Source: Chiloscyllium plagiosum
Lineage: Eukaryota
DNA length: 39,731 bases
Direction: 5' to 3'
Assembly (NCBI RefSeq): GCF_004010195.1
Contig: NC_057760.1
Coordinates: forward strand, 2,756,647 to 2,796,377
Position 1 is the stretch's first letter. Every line of letters begins with the position of its first letter. The notes below the pieces were generated by a model. That model searched no databases and was not told where the DNA came from. It saw nothing but the letters and a program-made list of their open reading frames with translations. The translations under genes and the position numbers were made by a program. This document shows positions 33,882 to 39,731 of the stretch, in pieces.

Positions 33882-34878
33882 CTGGGCTCTCTTAGTCTCC
33901 TGCTTCACTCAAATCTCACCTGATCCTTCAAACAAGTTGCCAATGCATGGAGACTATTGAGTCATGACGAGGGTTAGGAATACAGAGCTGCGCACAGATC
34001 TGCAGTTGTGGTCAAGAACTGGATCCCAAGCTGAATCATCGTCGCACACCTTTGGCCGATTGCACAGTTCTCACCTGAGTAGGAAGAGGAAATTCTGTAA
34101 ATCAAACGAGGGTCTTCATTGACTTGGCTAAGTATGACATCCGCCCATTGAGTCATCAATGGAGTTAAGTACAAATGTGAAATCTCACTTTGGGGTTCTT
34201 AGACTGTTAGCATAGCTCTTGGTTATCTTTCCAGGGATGTTTAAAGGTTAGTTCTTAATAACCTGCTATTCTTTTAAACACTGACAGGATATGTTTGAAA
34301 CAACTGCAAGAGATAAGGATTATGACGTTTAACGGGTGGTACATGGTTCTAAGCATGGTATTGGATAACAAATAGAAACCACTGTAATTGGGTTTCTTTG
34401 GAAGATTTTGAAGTATTGTACCCTGGTATCCCCTCTTGTCACGTATGTGATTCTAAAGTTCTTCTGTTCATTTTCCAGGGCTTTGAGGGGAGAGGTGAGA
34501 AGTGATAGAGGAATGAGTAGCTGGCAGTGAGGAGCAGACAGAGAGGTGCTACCCAAGAAGCCAGGCCAATGGGTGCCAAGGAGGTGCCCCAAAAGAAGCC
34601 ACCGTCACTGTAGTTTAGTGAGCTTCAAAAAAAAAAGACGAGGCCATGCGGAGATGGAAGAGAAAGGTTTGGATAATGTGGAGATGGTTGTGAGCTGCGG
34701 AGAGGGGATGTGAATGCTCGCACTGAAATGTCATCTTGCCCGTTCCGTGAGTGAATTTCAGGACGTGCCTGGACTTGGCACAGATCTGGCTGGAGCAGCG
34801 AGGAGACATTCATGGGGTGTTCAAAAACCCAAGTAAACACATTGATGGTGGTGGGGCTCCAGTGGCACAGCAGTGACA

Positions 34879-35078
34879 AGAGTCATAGAGATGTACAGCA
34901 TGGAAACAGACCCTTCGGCCCAACCCGTCCACGCCGACCAGATATCCCAACCCAATCTAGTCCCACCAGCCAGCACCCGGCCCATATCCCTCCAAACCCT
35001 TCCTATTCATATACCCATCCAAATGCCTCTTAAATGTTGCAATTGTACCAGCCTCCACCACATCCTCTGGCAGCTCAT
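34879..35078 (-). mobile_element. Young CR1 (HER1-like) 3' tail
   Basis: ELPEDVVEAGTIATFKRHLDGYMNRKGLEGYGPGAG on the minus strand plus tail. Confidence 0.9.
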
Positions 35079-35510
35079 AGAGCACAGTGTGTTGTAATGG
35101 TGATGCACATTGGTTAGACACCACCTGGAGTTTGGTCTCCACGTCAGCTGAAAATGAATTCCAGCTAGCCTTGGGATGACGCAAACAAATTTACCAGAAT
35201 CCTCCAGTTATAAGGCTATGACCTTCAGGACATCTCAAACTGAAGAAAGAACATGGGAACTAGTAGAGATTTTTAATATTATGGAAGCATTTGGCAGGCT
35301 TAGCGAACAAGTTTCACTTGTGGCTGAACCCAAAATTGGGGCAGATATGTAAGAGTGTCAAATTCAATTGGGAATTTGGGAGAAATTCCTCCACCCAGAG
35401 GGGGACCCGCTTCTGCAGGGAGTGGGTGGGCAAGAATGGGGGATTCACTTCTGCAGGCTGTGGGGGAGGCAAATAACAGAAATATTGAAGGGGCAACAAA
35501 AATAATTTCA

Positions 35511-35712
35511 ACAAAGTTAAAAGTCTCACAACATCAGGTTATAGTCCAGCAGGTTTAATTGGAAGCACTTTGCTTTCAGAGCAGTGCTCCTACATGAGGT
35601 GGTTGTGGAAGGAGCTAGTGCTTCCGATTAAACCTGTTGGACTATAACCTGGTGCTGTGTGATTTTTAACTTTGTACAATCCAGTCCCAACCCCCGGCCT
35701 TTCCAAATCATG
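35511..35712. mobile_element. Palindromic short element, second family (probable Penelope-like derivative)
   Basis: 59-bp inverted arms 35511-35569/35617-35675 with 6 mismatches; decayed minus-strand hammerhead ctcatgt-A-GGAGC-act-GCTCT-GAAA-GC. Confidence 0.75.
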
Positions 35713-35954
35713 AACTTCAGCAAAGGGACACTGGATTTGCAACCCTACGTGTGTCCCCACAAGTGCAGCCAGCCAGCTAAGTTTCTCCAGCACTGTTTTG
35801 ATTTCAGATTTCCAACATCTGCAGTTCATTGTTTTATTCTGTTGAAAGCATCAGGAGGCAGGGGAAAGCTAGGTAAACACGTGAGGAAGAAATGGTGATG
35901 AAATGGAAGACCACTAGTCTGGAGTCATAAGCTTTGGCTTGTTGGGGTAGGCGT

Positions 35955-36740
35955 GCAAACAGATCCTTCAGTGCAGTTGGTCCATGCTGAAAAGATACCC
36001 TAACTTAATATAGTCCCATTTGCCAGCATTTGGTCCATATCCCCTTAAACCCTTCCTACTCATGCACCCATGCTTTTAAATGTAATTGTACCAGCCTCCA
36101 CCGCTTCCTCTGGCAGCTCATTCCACACATGTGCCACGCTCTGTGTGAAAAAGTTATCCATGAGGTCCCTTTTAAATCTTACCCCTCTCGCCTTAAACCT
36201 ATGTCCTCTAGTTCTGGACCCCCCCTTCCCCACCCCCACCCCATCCCAGGGAAAAGACTATTTACCCTCTCCATGCCCCTCCTTTAATAAACCTCTATAA
36301 TGTCACCCCTCAGCCTCCGATGCTCCAGGGAAAATAGCCCCAACCTATTCAGCCTCTCCCTCTAGCTCAAATCCTCCAACCCTGACAATGTCTTTTCTGC
36401 TCCATTTCAAGTTTTAACAGTATAGCGGGGAGACCAAAATTGAACAGTTTTCCAGAAATGAACTAACCACTGTCCTGTACAGTCGCAACATGACCTCCCA
36501 ACTCCTATACTCGATGCACTGACCGAGAAAGGCCTGCGTAACAAACGCTACCTTCACTACCCTGTCTACTTGCAGCTCCACTTTCAGAGAACTATGAGCC
36601 TGCACGCCAAGGTCTCTTTGTTCAGCAACACTCCCTGGGACTTTACCCTTAAATGTGTACGTCCTGCCCTGATTTGCCTTTCCAAAATGCAGCAGCTCGC
36701 ATTTATTTAAATTAAACTTCATCTGCCATTTCCTCAGCCC
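35955..36740 (-). mobile_element. CR1 LINE 3' portion
   Basis: KWQMKFNLNKCELLHFGKANQGRTYT...EQRDLGVQAHSSLKV..QVDRVVK...IEYRSWEVMLRLYRT. Confidence 0.9.
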
Positions 36741-36839
36741 TGAATTCCAGCTGTTATAAATTGTGCTGATGTTGCCGTGGGGTTTGAACTTGTGCCCCCC
36801 GGCGTTGTTAGGCCTCTGGCTTTCTAGCCTAGTGATATT

Positions 36840-37085
36840 GCCACTATGCTGCAGTCTCCCTGAACAGGGCAAGAGAAGCTGATACAAGGGAACACCACCA
36901 CCTACAGGTTCCCGTGCGAGCCACTCACCCATCCTGACTTGGAACTATATTGCTGTTCCTTCAGTGCCGCTGAAGGGTCAAAAATCCTGGGACTCCCTCC
37001 CTAAGGGCATTGAGAGGTCACCCGCACCAAATGGTGATTAGGGTCAGGCAATAAATGCTGGCATCACATCCCATTAATGAATAAG
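36840..37085 (+). mobile_element. LINE 3' tail fragment, same family as 38130-39130
   Basis: gccactcacccatcctgacttggaactatattgctgttccttca...ggcaataaatgctggc...aatgaataa. Confidence 0.6.
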
Positions 37086-37530
37086 GGAATGAAAGGAGTG
37101 CTATCTTGTGGAGGAGCGCGGAGTTTTCAGGGAAGGGAGGCATCAGCCAGTCTGTTGCAAGAGTTAATGAAGGGAGTGTGTGAGCTGAGTGAATTACGAG
37201 CCTGCTGACAGAGCTGGGGAAATTCTGCTGTCTGCTTTATGTCGGCTCTCACCTCGGACAAGCATCTTTTTCATTTCCCTCCCCTGTGACTTTGCCAAGG
37301 GAAAGGGAATACTTCTTGTTAAATGCTTTACTTTAGAATCAAAGCGGAGGACCTTGGAGTGGTCAGTGCGCTGAGGTACTTAGGAAATGGCGCTCACTCC
37401 AGTCAGAATCACCACCTGCATGGCACTAAAGGTAAACTCTTCCCACCTAGTCAGCTCTCACACAGGCCCAGTGCTGTGGGAGCGAGGGTTTCTCAGGTCT
37501 GGATAGCGCACTCACGACAGGATGCAACAG

Positions 37531-37860
37531 CGGGTGGCACAGTGGTTAGCACTGCTGTCTCACAGCGCCAGAGACCCGGGTTCAGTTCCTGCCTCAGGCA
37601 ACTGTGTGGAGTTTGCACATTCTCCCCGTGTTTGCGTGGGTTTCCTCCAGGTGCTCCGGTTTCCTCCCACAGTCCAAAAAAAACGTGCAAGTTAGGTGAA
37701 TTGGCCACGCTAAATTGCCCGTAGTGTTAGCTGAAGGGGTAAATGTCGGGGAATGGGTCTGGGTGGGAATGGGTCTGGGTGGGTTGCGCTTCGGCGGGTT
37801 TGTGTGGACTTGTTGGGCTGAAGGGCCTGTTACCACGCTCAGTAATCTAATCTAATCTAA
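37531..37860 (+). mobile_element. tRNA-derived SINE (HE1/V-SINE type)
   Basis: Head ggtggcacagtggttagcactgctg, V-domain, internal duplication ggaatgggtctgggtg, (taatc)n tail. Confidence 0.92.
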
Positions 37861-38129
37861 AAATATTCCGAGCTCCTTCCTGATGTGTAGCAGGTGAATC
37901 CATCTCCAAGGAATAACTGGCAACTATTTGATGCATCTATAATGGGGGCGTGCACTCCACCCCCTTGAGCACAATCCTTTCGGTCACTGTGCTGAAGGCA
38001 TGTGTCCCTGTGCCAAGAACTGCACTGTACAGATAGAGCTGTACTCCTGACGCCCACTCAAGCAGACACTTCAAAGCTTTCTCCCAATACTGAGTGTTAG
38101 GAGCTGAATATTTATCCCTCTCCACTGGT

Positions 38130-39130
38130 TGGAGTCATACCTGGCACATAGGAAAATGGTTGTGGTTGATGGAGGTCAGTCATCTCACCTCCACAATATC
38201 TCTGCAGGAGTTCCTCAGGGTAGTGTCCTCGGCCCAACTATCTTCAGCTGCTCCAACGCTGACCTTCTCTCCTTCAAAAGTGGGGATGTTTGCTGATGGT
38301 TGCTTAAAGTTCAGCACCATTCGCCCCCTCCTCAGATGCTGAAGTAGTCCGTATCCAAATGCAGCAAGATCTGGACGATATCCAGGCCTGGGCTGACAAG
38401 TGATAAGGAATATTTTTACCACACATGCCATGCAATGACCATCTCCAATAACAGACAATCTAACCATTGCCCCCTTGACAGTGGCGTTACCATCACTAAA
38501 TCCCCCATTATCAACATTGACCAGAAACCCAACTGAATTCGCCACATAAACACAGTGGTAACAAGAGCAGGTCAGAGGCTGGGAATCCTGCAGCAAGTAA
38601 CTCCCCTCCCAACTCCTCATCTACAAGGCATAAGGAGTGTAATGGAATACTCCACACTTGCTCTGGATGGATTCAATTCCCAACACTCAAGAAGCTCAAC
38701 ACCATCCACAATATAGCAGCCCACTTGATTGGCTCCACATCCACAAAAATCCCCTCCCTCTGCCATCGATGCTCAGTAGCAGCAGTGTGTACTATCTACA
38801 AGATCCACTGCAGAAATTCACCAAAGCTCCTCAGACAGCGCCTTCCAAACCCAAGACCACTTCCATTTAGAAGGACAAGGGCAGCAGATACATGGGGAAA
38901 AAAACCCCTGCAAATTCTCCAAGCCACTCATGATCCTGACCGAGAAGTCTGTTGCCATTCCTTTCCTGTCGCCAGGTCATCCTGGAATTGTCTTCCTAAA
39001 GGCAGTGTGGGTCAACCCATTAGCAGGTGGACTGCAGCAGTTCACAAAGACCAAACCACCATCACGTTCTCAATGAGCAACTGTGGAAGAGTCATAAACT
39101 TAGCCGTGCCAATGATGCCCATGTTCAAAA
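38130..39130 (+). mobile_element. CR1/L2-clade LINE RT and 3' region, decayed
   Basis: ISAGVPQGSVLGPTIFSC (about 38197-38250) and VGMFADGCLKFSTIR (FADD-like) motifs. Confidence 0.8.
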
Positions 39131-39182
39131 AATACAATTTCAGCTGGCACGCCACCCAGCTACGTGGAGCATACTGTTAGGG

Positions 39183-39731
39183 GGTCAGTGCTGAGGGTGT
39201 GGGCACTGTCGGAGGGTCAGTGCTGAGGGAGTGGGCACTGTCGGAGGGTCAGGTCAGTGCTGAGGGGGTGGGCACTGTCGGAGGGTCAGGTCAGTGCTGA
39301 GGGAGTGGGCACTGTCGGAGGGTCAGTGCTGAGGGAGTGGGCACTGTCGGAGGGTCAGGTCAGTGCTGAGGGAGTGGGCCCTGTCGGAGGGTCAGTGCTG
39401 AGGGAGTGGGCCCTGTCGGAGGGTCAGTGCTGAGGGAGTGGGCCCTGTCGGAGGGTCAGTGCTGAGGGAGTGGGCCCTGTCGGAGGGTCAGTGCTGAGGG
39501 AGTGGGCCCTGTCGGAGGGTCAGTGCTGAGGGAGTGGGCCCTGTCGGAGGGTCAGTGCTGAGGGAGTGGGCCCTGTCGGAGGGTCAGTGCTGAGGGAGTG
39601 GGCCCTGTCGGAGGGTCAGTGCTGAGGGAGTGGGCCCTGTCGGAGGGTCAGTGCTGAGGGAGTGGGCCCTGTCGGAGGGTCAGTGCTGAGGGAGTGGGCC
39701 CTGTCGGAGGGTCAGTGCTGAGGGAGTGGGC
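39183..39731. repeat. Minisatellite, 32-bp unit, about 17 copies, runs off the window end
   Basis: Unit gtcagtgctgagggagtgggc(a/c)ctgtcggagg. Confidence 0.97.

Noticed and set aside
36414..36932. 172-aa ORF as a host gene
   Set aside because: Chimeric frame whose recognisable part is the CR1 ORF2 C-terminus
39183..39731. CRISPR array (32-bp period)
   Set aside because: Pure tandem repeat with no spacers

Overview
Vertebrate genomic DNA, most likely from an elasmobranch (shark), judged from HE1/V-SINE-type SINEs, abundant CR1 LINE debris and shark-type minisatellites. The window holds the 3' part of the histone H3K36 methyltransferase gene ASH1L on the + strand. Ten coding exons run from 4458 to the stop codon at 23658-23660 (1435 coding nt, about 477 C-terminal residues; all introns GT-AG with consistent phases). 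They encode the C-terminal part of the bromodomain, the PHD finger, the BAH domain and the C-terminal tail. A largely repeat-free putative 3'UTR of about 4 kb follows, ending near 27.75 kb, with a cluster of miR-142-3p seed matches. Introns and downstream DNA contain CR1/L2/RTE-type LINE fragments, tRNA-derived SINEs, two minisatellites and a 392-N gap. The most unusual signal is a family of short, often palindromic, TSD-flanked insertions (probably Penelope-like element derivatives) carrying minimal hammerhead ribozyme motifs (CTGAnGA-A-stem II-GAAA-CGTC), several on the ASH1L sense strand. Also notable are inverted repeat pairs bracketing exon blocks (back-splicing or dsRNA geometry), a perfect 96-bp templated insertion, and a 92-bp duplication around a SINE head. 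Family assignments come from recalled consensus sequences, not database searches.
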